DNA of 64,000 nucleotides, taken from the IMG/VR virus record IMGVR_UViG_3300029288_005873, positions 192,001 through 256,000 of that record; one strand, 5' to 3'. Below, piece by piece: positions 28,079 to 36,651 of this stretch. The DNA is from a virus. Its lineage: Duplodnaviria > Caudoviricetes. The position numbers and the translations under genes were made by a program. The first letter of the stretch is position 1. Every line of letters begins with the position of its first letter. Under the pieces are notes generated by a model that made no database searches, was not told where the DNA came from, and was given only the letters and a program-made list of their open reading frames with translations.

Positions 28079-28204
28079 GCGAGCACCAACCGAGGATTCT
28101 CGAGAATATAATCTCCACGGTTTCCCCCAGCAAGGGGCGAGCGATTTGTACCATGGACATTGCTGTGCCCAAGATTTTTGTCGCTCCAGATATTTGGTGC
28201 CCGC
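28079..28204 (-). ncRNA. candidate structured RNA with kissing loops
   Basis: 10-bp closing stem GCGGGCACCA/UGGUGCUCGC; hairpin loops CAGCAA and UUGCUG are complementary. Confidence 0.55.
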
Positions 28205-28238
28205 AAAACGCCTTCAGGGTCTCTCCCGTCGGGCATCG

Positions 28239-28320
28239 AGCCGCTAGAGGGATTCGAACCCCCGATCTCTTTTGGAGGACGGATTACAAGTCCGTTGCCA
28301 TACCTCTTGGCGATAGCGGC
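28239..28320 (-). tRNA. tRNA-Thr(UGU) with long variable arm
   Basis: GCCGCTA/TAGCGGC, ACGGA-CTTGTAA-TCCGT, 15-nt variable region, GGGGG-TTCGAAT-CCCTC. Confidence 0.85.
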
Positions 28321-28352
28321 ACAAACCTGCGGCACGTTTGCCGCAGGTTTGT
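28321..28352. terminator. perfect 14-bp hairpin abutting the tRNA-Thr 5' end (terminator or processing stem)
   Basis: ACAAACCTGCGGCA-CGTT-TGCCGCAGGTTTGT. Confidence 0.6.
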
Positions 28353-28366
28353 TTATGACATCATGT

Positions 28367-28615
28367 CTACAACAGATCGAAAGACTCCCAATCCGGCTCG
28401 TCGAGGAGCCATTCGTCATCGAGGATTAGGTCCATCAAGTTCTCACGCATTTGCCTGCGCCATGATTCCTTATATTCGCGTTCGACTTTTTCTTGTTCCT
28501 TTAGCTCCTCGAGCATCTTGCGGTCGATCTTGGCTTGTTCCTTAAGCCCATCGAACTCCTCTTCCTCCCACTCGCGTTTCCAATTGGAGTCGTGTACCAC
28601 GGAACGAACCATCAT
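28367..28615 (-). CDS. acidic coiled-coil protein
   Basis: 82 aa ORF, AGGAGG RBS. Confidence 0.55.
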   Translation of the reverse strand: MMVRSVVHDSNWKREWEEEEFDGLKEQAKIDRKMLEELKEQEKVEREYKESWRRQMRENLMDLILDDEWLLDEPDWESFDLL

Positions 28616-28621
28616 GACCTC

Positions 28622-28897
28622 CTATCTTGCTTCGACAGAATATCTTCCGCTCCTGTTGACAAGCCAGAAGCGTGTGCCGATGTCACCGAGACCAAGCAGA
28701 AGCATCTCCCTGCCGAGAGTCGGCATTCTTATTACTGGGGCTCCCAATCCTGCCACGGACTGACGAAACCTTCTAACCAGAAATGACGCCCTCTGCGGAG
28801 TCACTTCTGCGAACCATGTGCCGAACCCAGCAGCATGTGAAGCCCTGTGCCACTTCAATGGCGCAAGAACCAACGGAATCCTGAAATATGGCGCCAT
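28622..28897 (-). CDS. hypothetical protein
   Basis: 91 aa ORF in gene run. Confidence 0.5.
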   Translation of the reverse strand: MAPYFRIPLVLAPLKWHRASHAAGFGTWFAEVTPQRASFLVRRFRQSVAGLGAPVIRMPTLGREMLLLGLGDIGTRFWLVNRSGRYSVEAR

Positions 28898-29284
28898 TTA
28901 TGGCACCTTTTTATTCATACAAAATACAACATCCTCTCCTAACTTAATGGCAGGCTTATCTTTATAACTGACGCAATCGTTTAACAACGTGTTCAGAGCC
29001 ATGATTAGTCCACCTGCTGTTACACAAGTTGACATTGTTGCTAGATCGCATGATAGACCAACTTTCTGGGCGTTGATCCAACCATATGCGTCCTTGAGCC
29101 CCATGCCGGTTACTTCACGAAATGCCTTAACTGCCAGAATTCTGAAATCATCCAGAACTCGCCTGCTGACCATTAGTGTCCAACTGGTCCCAAGAGTTAT
29201 GCCAAGTTCATGACGCAACTGGTTGAGCTCGTCTTCACGTCTATTGTTGTCGGCAACCTCCTTCAGGAGACCATCGCGTTCCAT
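28898..29284 (-). CDS. ribosomal protein L7/L12 C-terminal-domain-like protein
   Basis: RILAVKAFREVTGMGLKDAYGWI resembles KI.VIK.VRE.TGLGLKEAK..V. Confidence 0.6.
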   Translation of the reverse strand: MERDGLLKEVADNNRREDELNQLRHELGITLGTSWTLMVSRRVLDDFRILAVKAFREVTGMGLKDAYGWINAQKVGLSCDLATMSTCVTAGGLIMALNTLLNDCVSYKDKPAIKLGEDVVFCMNKKVP

Positions 29285-29476
29285 CTGTAGCTTGTTAATC
29301 TCGAACCCTATTACCGAGGATCTCGATTTCCTTCTCCATATCGCCGATTATAGCATCGAGAGCCTTTCGGCGCTTCCCACCCAGACCAACCACGAGACCT
29401 GACAGGACCATCACCAGTTTTCTTAGCATCTTATCCATCGTCATCTCCTTTTATTTGCGGATTGGACTATGCCGAC

Positions 29477-29947
29477 TCATTCGGCGTTTGGGCGGATCTC
29501 CGTTTCCTTCTCGCGACACTCCTTCCATTCCTTGCTTCCGTGGGCCGTCAGCAAGACGTTGAGCTGGAAGGTCAGGACCTTCCCATCGACCTCGATCTGA
29601 ACCTTGTCGCCGTGATGAAACCCGACCGATCCAGTTTTGAACTGTTTACCCCTGACCACACACCTCCTGAGAACATCGGACGCCATCAGCGGACTTGCGG
29701 ACATGATGGCCGATTTGATGCCGGAGTCGACATACTGCCTGTCGTTCTCGATCGCTATCAGGTTTATCCCCAGCTGGAAATCATAGCTGGTATTACCACA
29801 CCTGATCGGGACAGATCCTTGGGCAAAGAAGCCGACCTTGCCGGTGCCGAACGTTTTCGGCTCCAGAACGGTATTCCCCAACACCTTATTTAGGTTGATG
29901 GGTTGGGTCTCCAGGACATCGCTTTTGTATCCTTCCCTCTTCGCCAT
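29477..29947 (-). CDS. tandem FxTGSxG-domain protein (paralog of 44418..44882)
   Basis: Two copies of F.TG.VGF...G.V......FQL..N. Confidence 0.7.
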   Translation of the reverse strand: MAKREGYKSDVLETQPINLNKVLGNTVLEPKTFGTGKVGFFAQGSVPIRCGNTSYDFQLGINLIAIENDRQYVDSGIKSAIMSASPLMASDVLRRCVVRGKQFKTGSVGFHHGDKVQIEVDGKVLTFQLNVLLTAHGSKEWKECREKETEIRPNAE

Positions 29948-30056
29948 TTCCCTCTCCTTTGTCCGACATCAGGATTCCCCCAAGCAACCCGCCTCCAGGT
30001 TACTTGGGCGAGCCCCGAAGGCCCGCAGGTTTCTGTTATACTTTTAGTTAGATGCT

Positions 30057-30260
30057 CTACGCTTTCGTAATACTACCGCTGGGGCAGAGGATCTTCTCAA
30101 TTTTTTCCACCCCCGTGGCGGCATCTTCGAGAGCTCCCTTTGCCAGAGTCTCGTTGTACGGCTGAAAATCCAAGGCATTGTTGACGGAGAGCTTGATATG
30201 TATAAGCTCAATCTTGATCTTCTCGAATTCCTCTGCCGTCAAAATCACCAATCTCTGCAT
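30057..30260 (-). CDS. hypothetical protein
   Basis: 67 aa ORF. Confidence 0.5.
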   Translation of the reverse strand: MQRLVILTAEEFEKIKIELIHIKLSVNNALDFQPYNETLAKGALEDAATGVEKIEKILCPSGSITKA

Positions 30261-30493
30261 CTTACCCCTATTTCCAAGCCTTCTCTGCTGCTTGGACAGC
30301 CTTCGCTGCCTTCTCAGCCGTTCGCTTGGCTGCCGAAACCCCGTCCTCCGCAGGCTTCGAATGCCAGAGAGTGTATCCGCCGACGACCGCCAGTGCCAGA
30401 ACTGCCAGGATCAATAGCTTCCCGAATGTTCCGCGCTTCTTTGCCATATTTTCTCCCTTTCGGCTGGTTGTTTTCCCCTATAATTATGATAAG

Positions 30494-30875
30494 TTACAGG
30501 AGATATTCCATTTCCTTTGCTACGGATTCCGCCAGGCTGGCATCCCATGGTTCGATAGGATCAGATATCCGACCGTCTCGCCGAAGGCGCCACCACCGCC
30601 CAATTTTCATTGCCTCATCTAAGGACAGAATAGAGACGGCATTTGCTACACCGAACTGGGTGGAGGTAATATCCACAACCATGTCATCGAGTAGTATGAA
30701 CCAATGACCTGGAACATGTCCAATGTCCACCTTGATTCCAGCTGCCCGAGCATGTTTGAAGATGAACGATGTCGCGTCTTTACACCACCCTCTAAGGTTG
30801 CTGGGATGGCTGCGTTTATTAGCTACACGTTCAGATTTTACATACCATGGACGTGAGCTTTTCGAGATCGGTCAT
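30494..30875 (-). pseudogene. transglutaminase-like paralog with N-terminal frameshift
   Basis: MTDLEKL.. start is out of frame with ERVA..GWC..GHWF..VDITSTQFG. Confidence 0.65.
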
Positions 30876-30915
30876 AACTATCCCCTTGGAGAAATTGTTT
30901 CCGACCACATCGCAT

Positions 30916-31043
30916 TGGTTGGGTCGCCAGGACTCGAACCTGGATCTTTCAGGCTTATGTGCCTGCCCGAGTTCACGGGATTCCAGCTCTAGCTGGTTAT
31001 GTTGCCATAGGCAACCTACAAGTCGCCATTACACCACGACCCA
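30916..31043 (-). ncRNA. 128-nt multi-armed tRNA-like RNA
   Basis: TGGGTCG/CGACCCA acceptor + ACCA, CCAGG-TTCGAGT-CCTGG T arm, four hairpins between D-like and T arms. Confidence 0.75.
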
Positions 31044-31044
31044 C

Positions 31045-31117
31045 TAGGGGCGGAGGGAATCGAACCCACGACCGACGGATTAGAAGTCCGTCGCTCTATC
31101 CGCTGAGCTACGCCCCT
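31045..31117 (-). tRNA. tRNA-Arg(UCU)
   Basis: AGGGGCG/CGCCCCT, ACGGA-CTTCTAA-TCCGT, A20. Confidence 0.93.
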
Positions 31118-31268
31118 ACAACTTCTTCCTCTCTGCTACCAGCAAATCGGTCGCATTGACTAACTTCATTGCTGCTAGCCGTTCGCTTTCCGTAAGGTTC
31201 TCTCTACGCACTAGCTTCTCAAGAAGATCGGCTAGCGCTTTCAGTTCGACATCAGACATTTGCTGCTC

Positions 31269-31823
31269 CTACGGGTTCCCTAGGATCATGTCGGCACCGC
31301 GAAGAATGCCTAGGTCAAATGGACTGCCATCCCCACCAGATCTCAGCTTCTCTGCCATCTGCGAATATGAAAGACGCATCAGGCGTCCACCTGACACAAC
31401 GCTGATCCTACATTTGTTCACCTTACATACTTCACACAAAGATGCCAATTCTTTGCGGTTTGTGACCCTATCTACTTTTCCATGTGCGGTATTGGAGGAT
31501 GAGCATGGGTACATATCGCTAGGATCCACAGATATGGTTCCTTCTCCTGCGATTGCTAGTCCACTCTCAACAACCTCAAGAGTTCTCCCAATCAAAGCGG
31601 CGGTTACCATCTTTGCTTCGGTGGAAACACAGTCGATCTTTCCGATTCCAGCCTCCGCCAAGGCGCCAAGAATTGCTTTCGCAAACTTCTCGGCATCTTC
31701 AGCCGTAAGGCTGAGCATTGCACGCCCAGGCACCTCCATGCTTAGCGTAGGTCTGTCCGCCCTCCCACTTAGCTTGACGTCGTGGAAGGGACCATATCGT
31801 CCCAAGTTGATGTCGATTCTCAT
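31269..31823 (-). CDS. hypothetical protein
   Basis: 184 aa ORF, GGAGG RBS, ATGA overlap. Confidence 0.6.
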   Translation of the reverse strand: MRIDINLGRYGPFHDVKLSGRADRPTLSMEVPGRAMLSLTAEDAEKFAKAILGALAEAGIGKIDCVSTEAKMVTAALIGRTLEVVESGLAIAGEGTISVDPSDMYPCSSSNTAHGKVDRVTNRKELASLCEVCKVNKCRISVVSGGRLMRLSYSQMAEKLRSGGDGSPFDLGILRGADMILGNP

Positions 31824-32203
31824 TCCGCCTCCAGAAAACGCTCCGCCATCTGGACCAGATATCTATCCCCCTCAATAGACGGTTTCTTGTGCCTTTTGAT
31901 CAGTTTCCACCAGTCGCCGATATTACCAGCTTCTGCGTAGTGGATTATGGCAACCTTTTCAGGCTGCCCGAATTGGGTTGACGTGATGTCGATGATCATG
32001 TCACCGAAAAGAACGAACCAGTGCCCAAGACCTTCGCCAATCTCTGTGGTGATTCCGTTTTCCTTCGCCAGCTTCCACAGAAATTCCGAAGCATCGAGGC
32101 ATAGTCCGCCGAGATCTGACGGCCATCTGTCCTCTTCCGCCACACGTTCGAAGGCCCTTCGAGCCCTCCACGCCAACTTCTCCAGCCTCTTGAGGTCGTT
32201 CAT
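31820..32203 (-). CDS. transglutaminase-like (papain-fold) protein
   Basis: Putative Cys-His-Asp triad: GLC, GHWF, IDITSTQF. Confidence 0.6.
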   Translation of the reverse strand: MNDLKRLEKLAWRARRAFERVAEEDRWPSDLGGLCLDASEFLWKLAKENGITTEIGEGLGHWFVLFGDMIIDITSTQFGQPEKVAIIHYAEAGNIGDWWKLIKRHKKPSIEGDRYLVQMAERFLEAE

Positions 32204-32985
32204 GGACGAGCCTCCTCCGTCTGCTGTTGCTCCGCCAGGATCTTCTCGAACTCCTCCTTGGCGATATTTGTTGTTTTGTCGTGGAGATTTGACGGAGAAT
32301 CACTGATGTACATCTTTTCCCACCACGGTCCGATTTTTCCAGCTTCCACCAGCGGCTTGACAGCCACCCTATCGGGTTGACCAAATTGGGTGGATGTTAC
32401 GTCGATCACGAAGTCACCATACATTACGAAATAATGTCCCACACCTCCGCAGACTTGTGTATCGATCCCGCGCTCGACCGCAACAGCATGGAGGAACTTG
32501 GAGGCATGGTAGCATAGACCGGTAAGATCTTTGTTCCATGAGTCCCTCTCAGCTGTACGTTCGAAAGCTGTGCGAACCTGATACGCCAAGGCGATCAGAT
32601 TCTCCATGTCGAAGGAGATCTTGTCAAACTCATCTTCCGCCCATTTCATCGCCATGCTGTTCTGAGGAATGAAGAGAGTTTTCGACAGCAGTTTCCACCA
32701 GTCACCGATCTTTTCGGCTTTCTCCAGCGGCATTACGGCAACCCTGTCAGGCTGACCAAACTGGGTCGACGTGATGTCAACCACGATGTTTCCATCGTAT
32801 AGAATAAAGTAGTGACCGCTGCCTCTGCCGATTTCCGTGGTGATTCTATTGTCGGCTGCGATTTTGTGGAGAAGGCATGATGCGCAGTAGCACATGCCAT
32901 AGAGATCATCTGACCAGCCCTTTGCCTTTGACACCCTCTCGAATGCCATGCGAAGCTTCCAGGCGATTTCGATCAGCTTATCCAT
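32200..32985 (-). CDS. tandem transglutaminase-like domain protein
   Basis: Two copies of G.C..AS, GHYF, D.TSTQFGQPDRVAV. Confidence 0.6.
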   Translation of the reverse strand: MDKLIEIAWKLRMAFERVSKAKGWSDDLYGMCYCASCLLHKIAADNRITTEIGRGSGHYFILYDGNIVVDITSTQFGQPDRVAVMPLEKAEKIGDWWKLLSKTLFIPQNSMAMKWAEDEFDKISFDMENLIALAYQVRTAFERTAERDSWNKDLTGLCYHASKFLHAVAVERGIDTQVCGGVGHYFVMYGDFVIDVTSTQFGQPDRVAVKPLVEAGKIGPWWEKMYISDSPSNLHDKTTNIAKEEFEKILAEQQQTEEARP

Positions 32986-33000
32986 GTCTCTCTCCTAGTT

Positions 33001-33210
33001 TTATCTTACTTTGATCACGGCGACCTTGGTCAACCGGGCGTATCTGATGTTGACTTCCTTGATCCCAGCCTTCACCAGCTGCTCCTTGTTGACGTATCTG
33101 CCCATGTCGGGACCGATACTCTGGATCACGAAATCTTTATTCGCATCGAAATCCGTAATTACATCTTTCTTTGAGTTATATGATCGTCCATAAGCAGCTG
33201 AAAGAACCAA
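33001..33210 (-). CDS. small phage protein
   Basis: AYGRSYNSKK....DF.ANKDF; AAGGAG RBS. Confidence 0.6.
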   Translation of the reverse strand: MVLSAAYGRSYNSKKDVITDFDANKDFVIQSIGPDMGRYVNKEQLVKAGIKEVNIRYARLTKVAVIKVR

Positions 33211-33265
33211 GATATTTTCTCCTTGTTTGAATGGTTGTTATCTATTAATATTCTAGAATTAAAAT

Positions 33266-34093
33266 ATGATGACCAATGATGAGAGAAAAGCCAAAAACAG
33301 AGAAGCTTCTCGCCGTTACAGGAACAAATACCCTGAGCGAGTTAGGGATAATATCCGACGCTATAAAGAACGACATCCTGATCGACAAAAAGAATCCGTT
33401 CGTCGATACAGGATTAAATATCCAAATAGCGTCAGGAATAGCGATTTAAAGTCGACATATGGAATAACCCACGACGAATACTTACGTTTACTGGATAATC
33501 AAGGTGGGCATTGTGCCATATGTGATCGAAGCTCCAACGGTAAAGCTGCTTTGGCAATTGACCACGATCATAAGACTGGTAGAATTCGTGGTCTTTTATG
33601 TTGGCAACACAACTCATTATTAGGTCACATCAATGATGATATTAGTCAATTATACAAACTAATATGGTATTTAAACCAACCCACCATTGATATAGATTCT
33701 ATTATGGGTGAACGTCTTCCTTCTCCAGGTAAACATGGACGACGATATCCCCGCGAGTCAGCTAAAAACCGTTCAGAAGTCAGCAAGCGCTACCGTCTAA
33801 GACACGCCGATATTATAAAAGAACAAATGCTAATTAGAAAATACGGCATAACTCAGTCCTGCTATAACACAATTCTCATAAATCAAGGAGGACATTGTGC
33901 CGTATGTGATAGAACCATTAGCGAAAATGGAAAACCACTATGTGTCGATCATAATCATGTAACCAACAAAATTCGCGGATTACTATGTTGGCGACATAAT
34001 CTTATCCTCGGTTTTGTTGAAGATGATATTACACAATTAACACAGCTTATTACATATCTGGAGAAACAATCAACTCAACCAACCATCGTTTAA
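33266..34093 (+). CDS. endonuclease VII-like homing endonuclease, tandem domains
   Basis: Two copies of YGIT..QGGHCA.C..DH.H.T..IRGLLC..HN..LG; AT-rich, opposite strand. Confidence 0.9.
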   Translation: MMTNDERKAKNREASRRYRNKYPERVRDNIRRYKERHPDRQKESVRRYRIKYPNSVRNSDLKSTYGITHDEYLRLLDNQGGHCAICDRSSNGKAALAIDHDHKTGRIRGLLCWQHNSLLGHINDDISQLYKLIWYLNQPTIDIDSIMGERLPSPGKHGRRYPRESAKNRSEVSKRYRLRHADIIKEQMLIRKYGITQSCYNTILINQGGHCAVCDRTISENGKPLCVDHNHVTNKIRGLLCWRHNLILGFVEDDITQLTQLITYLEKQSTQPTIV

Positions 34094-34108
34094 TCCGAAG
34101 AAACTATA

Positions 34109-34645
34109 TTATACAAGTTCGGACCATGAAACATCTATGGGGTCGGCGCCATGCTCAGAATTGCGTATAGCGTCAACAATGTCTGTTCCTTCTACTATCT
34201 CTATTGTGCCATCTTTCCAGCACACCTTGTATTTGGACAGCCTACCCTCTCCTGATATGAGGTCGATCAGGCGATCCAACTTTCTTGTGTGCGGGATGCC
34301 TCCCTCCGCCATTCCAAGGCGCGTTATTGCCCCTTTCGCCTGATTTAGTGCCTTCAGGGCATCGCGTCTTAACCTCTCCTTGGTTCCATTACCGAGAAGA
34401 AGTTTAACCTTCACCGAACGGTTAATCCACAAGTCTTCAAGTCTGGCAGGAATCTCGAAAAGGCTGGCATCACGCCACCCAGACGCATGTAACGTCACCA
34501 TGTGGACGACTCCGTTCTCATCCACCATTAGGAAAAGATGACCATCAACATTGTGTATGGGATCACTACCACTTGAGTTGACAACATATGGAAATCCCGC
34601 TGCGGAAAGATCAAAGCTTGTCTTGTCGGCTTTTGATAGCGTCAT
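34109..34645 (-). CDS. hypothetical protein
   Basis: 178 aa ORF. Confidence 0.6.
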   Translation of the reverse strand: MTLSKADKTSFDLSAAGFPYVVNSSGSDPIHNVDGHLFLMVDENGVVHMVTLHASGWRDASLFEIPARLEDLWINRSVKVKLLLGNGTKERLRRDALKALNQAKGAITRLGMAEGGIPHTRKLDRLIDLISGEGRLSKYKVCWKDGTIEIVEGTDIVDAIRNSEHGADPIDVSWSELV

Positions 34646-34662
34646 GATAATTAACCTTTCAT

Positions 34663-34746
34663 TGGTGCAGGGAGCGGGAGTCGAACCCGCACGCCATTAG
34701 GCTGGGGATTTTAAGTCCCTTGCGTCTACCATTTCGCCACCCCCGC
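34663..34746 (-). tRNA. tRNA-Leu(UAA)
   Basis: AGGGA-CTTAAAA-TCCCC, long variable arm, A73, CCA. Confidence 0.95.
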
Positions 34747-34842
34747 ATCGCTACAATAACTAGGTCTTACTGGTTTACCAGATTCAACCTAGATCTCTGG
34801 CGTTCCCGCCAATCCGCTTGTAGCACACGGCTAAACTTTTTG

Positions 34843-34924
34843 TGCGAGGCAAGGGAATTGAACCCTTACGTCTTTCGACACGGGATCCTAAGTCCCGCGC
34901 GTCTACCTGTTCCGCCAGCCTCGC
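34843..34924 (-). tRNA. tRNA-Leu(UAG)
   Basis: CGGGA-CTTAGGA-TCCCG, long variable arm, A73. Confidence 0.95.
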
Positions 34925-34930
34925 TTATCT

Positions 34931-35302
34931 TCAAGAGTGTCCTTGGAGATATAAACTTCTCGTTCTTTCTATCTCCGGAGAAGGTTTTCCAAACAACTGT
35001 TCTGTTAACCTGAGATATGCTTTCCACGGCAGCCGAAGATCTTGGGATACTCTGGCTGCGAGATCCATCAATCCTCGCGAAAATGCTGGCAATCTGCTTC
35101 CTGAACGCACCAGAGAAACATCGTCCATGCTGTCGTTGTTGTGGAAATAAGCCTGCTCTGGAGATTTATCTCCTTCGTTTTTGTACCTTTGTAGCTCATC
35201 GGCAAGCTTGTTGAAGAATACGACATCATACGGTATTGCTCCAGAAAACCAGAGTTTCCTCCAACGACGTGACCATATCACCGGCATTTTTTGGAATCTC
35301 AT
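34931..35302 (-). CDS. hypothetical protein
   Basis: 123 aa ORF. Confidence 0.55.
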   Translation of the reverse strand: MRFQKMPVIWSRRWRKLWFSGAIPYDVVFFNKLADELQRYKNEGDKSPEQAYFHNNDSMDDVSLVRSGSRLPAFSRGLMDLAARVSQDLRLPWKAYLRLTEQLFGKPSPEIERTRSLYLQGHS

Positions 35303-35329
35303 TTTGTTAACTCCATCAAACGGATTAGT

Positions 35330-35626
35330 TTACCAGCTTTTCTCCCATTCCCTTTCTTCTTCACGTGTAAAAGCTGCCGCATCATCTTCGTCACGTTGAC
35401 GCGCAGCTTCATCCTCGGCTGTACGTTTTTCCACCTTGTCTTCCGCCGAGGAGATCGTCTCTGACCAACTGCCGTAATCCACTTTGAGATCGTCCAGTGC
35501 TTGCTTCACGACTTGAGCCATCGCTACCTCGATAGCCTCTCTGGTAGTGGGATAAAATGGCAGGTCCAAATCCTTCTCCAAATTCTTGATGATTTTCTGG
35601 ACATTTTCCCTTCTCATCATGATCAT
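35330..35626 (-). CDS. acidic hypothetical protein
   Basis: 98 aa ORF, AAGGAG RBS. Confidence 0.6.
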   Translation of the reverse strand: MIMMRRENVQKIIKNLEKDLDLPFYPTTREAIEVAMAQVVKQALDDLKVDYGSWSETISSAEDKVEKRTAEDEAARQRDEDDAAAFTREEEREWEKSW

Positions 35627-35669
35627 TTAGATTCTCCTTATGACAAAGTCCTTTATGGACTGAAAATGG

Positions 35670-35864
35670 TTAGTAGGTTGTTACCCAAATCGGGAATGAT
35701 GTCCCCATTTTTTCCTCGCAGGCTTCTCCCCACTTCCTGTGAGCATCATTGTTCAATGTGTAATTTAGGAGAACCCCATCTTTGTGATTCTCGACAACAA
35801 ACCCCTTGGGACGTTTTCCAAGGAGCTTTTGTGCTGCTTTCAGGAAGCGTTTACGCATACTCAT
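35670..35864 (-). CDS. hypothetical protein
   Basis: 64 aa ORF, AAGGAG RBS. Confidence 0.55.
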   Translation of the reverse strand: MSMRKRFLKAAQKLLGKRPKGFVVENHKDGVLLNYTLNNDAHRKWGEACEEKMGTSFPIWVTTY

Positions 35865-35874
35865 GACACTCTCC

Positions 35875-36636
35875 TTATCCGAGGGTACATCTCCTCAGAA
35901 CGGGGTTGAAAAGTTCTATTTCACCAACACCTTTACACTTGGTACAGGTGTGAAAGATTCTCCGCACTCGAGGAACCATTCCCTTTAGGTCATCGGAACG
36001 ATAACCAAAGAGACCGGCGAACAAATCCCAAGTATCGTAGTATCTTTGGCTTTTCTGGCGCATCAGTATGAGCTGAACTTCCAACGGAAGTTTTGACAAC
36101 TCCCGCTGAAAAGTGCCGTTTTTGTTTTTGGGATTACATTCGCTACAATAGCGAACGATCATCCCTTTCCCGTTACAGTTGTTACATTTCCCAACAACCT
36201 TACCTCCCCTCTTGAACTCCCCACTGCCACCACATTTTCTACAAACCATCTCCTGTTTCCAGTGCCCATGACACTCGGGACACACGACCCAACCCGCTGT
36301 TGAGTTGGCTTCGTTATATCCCTTACCGAAACAATTGTCGCACGGAACTCCTGCTTTCGTGTGCGGAAGACCATTCCCCAAATCTTTTAGGGATTTGCCG
36401 TCCGTTGTGTATAGCATAGCGTTTGAAGAATCGTCCGACACGTCCAGAATAACATCTCCCTGAGTCAGGAGGTAGTCGTATGCTTCCTTTACCTTGATGA
36501 ACTCAGCAGAAGCATTTTCGCTTTTGTTGAGATCAGGGTGGGTTTCATGACTCCTTCTCCTGAACGCTGATTTGAGAATGACAGTCGTTACCGGAAGGAT
36601 GATACCAAGAACCTTGGAAGCTTCATGGACGGTCAT
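35875..36636 (-). CDS. DnaJ-domain protein with CxxCxGxG zinc fingers
   Basis: HPDLN J-domain and several CxxCxGxG repeats. Confidence 0.88.
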   Translation of the reverse strand: MTVHEASKVLGIILPVTTVILKSAFRRRSHETHPDLNKSENASAEFIKVKEAYDYLLTQGDVILDVSDDSSNAMLYTTDGKSLKDLGNGLPHTKAGVPCDNCFGKGYNEANSTAGWVVCPECHGHWKQEMVCRKCGGSGEFKRGGKVVGKCNNCNGKGMIVRYCSECNPKNKNGTFQRELSKLPLEVQLILMRQKSQRYYDTWDLFAGLFGYRSDDLKGMVPRVRRIFHTCTKCKGVGEIELFNPVLRRCTLG

Positions 36637-36651
36637 TGTCGTCTCCAGTCG

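Noticed and set aside
28079-28204. Lysine riboswitch
   Set aside because: Has a kissing loop but lacks the AGAGGUGC core and five-way junction
28060-28419. 119-aa ORF (and the N-terminal extensions of 4341..4898, 5869..6153, 24146..24856, 24977..25783)
   Set aside because: They read through tRNA or ncRNA genes; better starts with an RBS exist downstream for the extended ORFs
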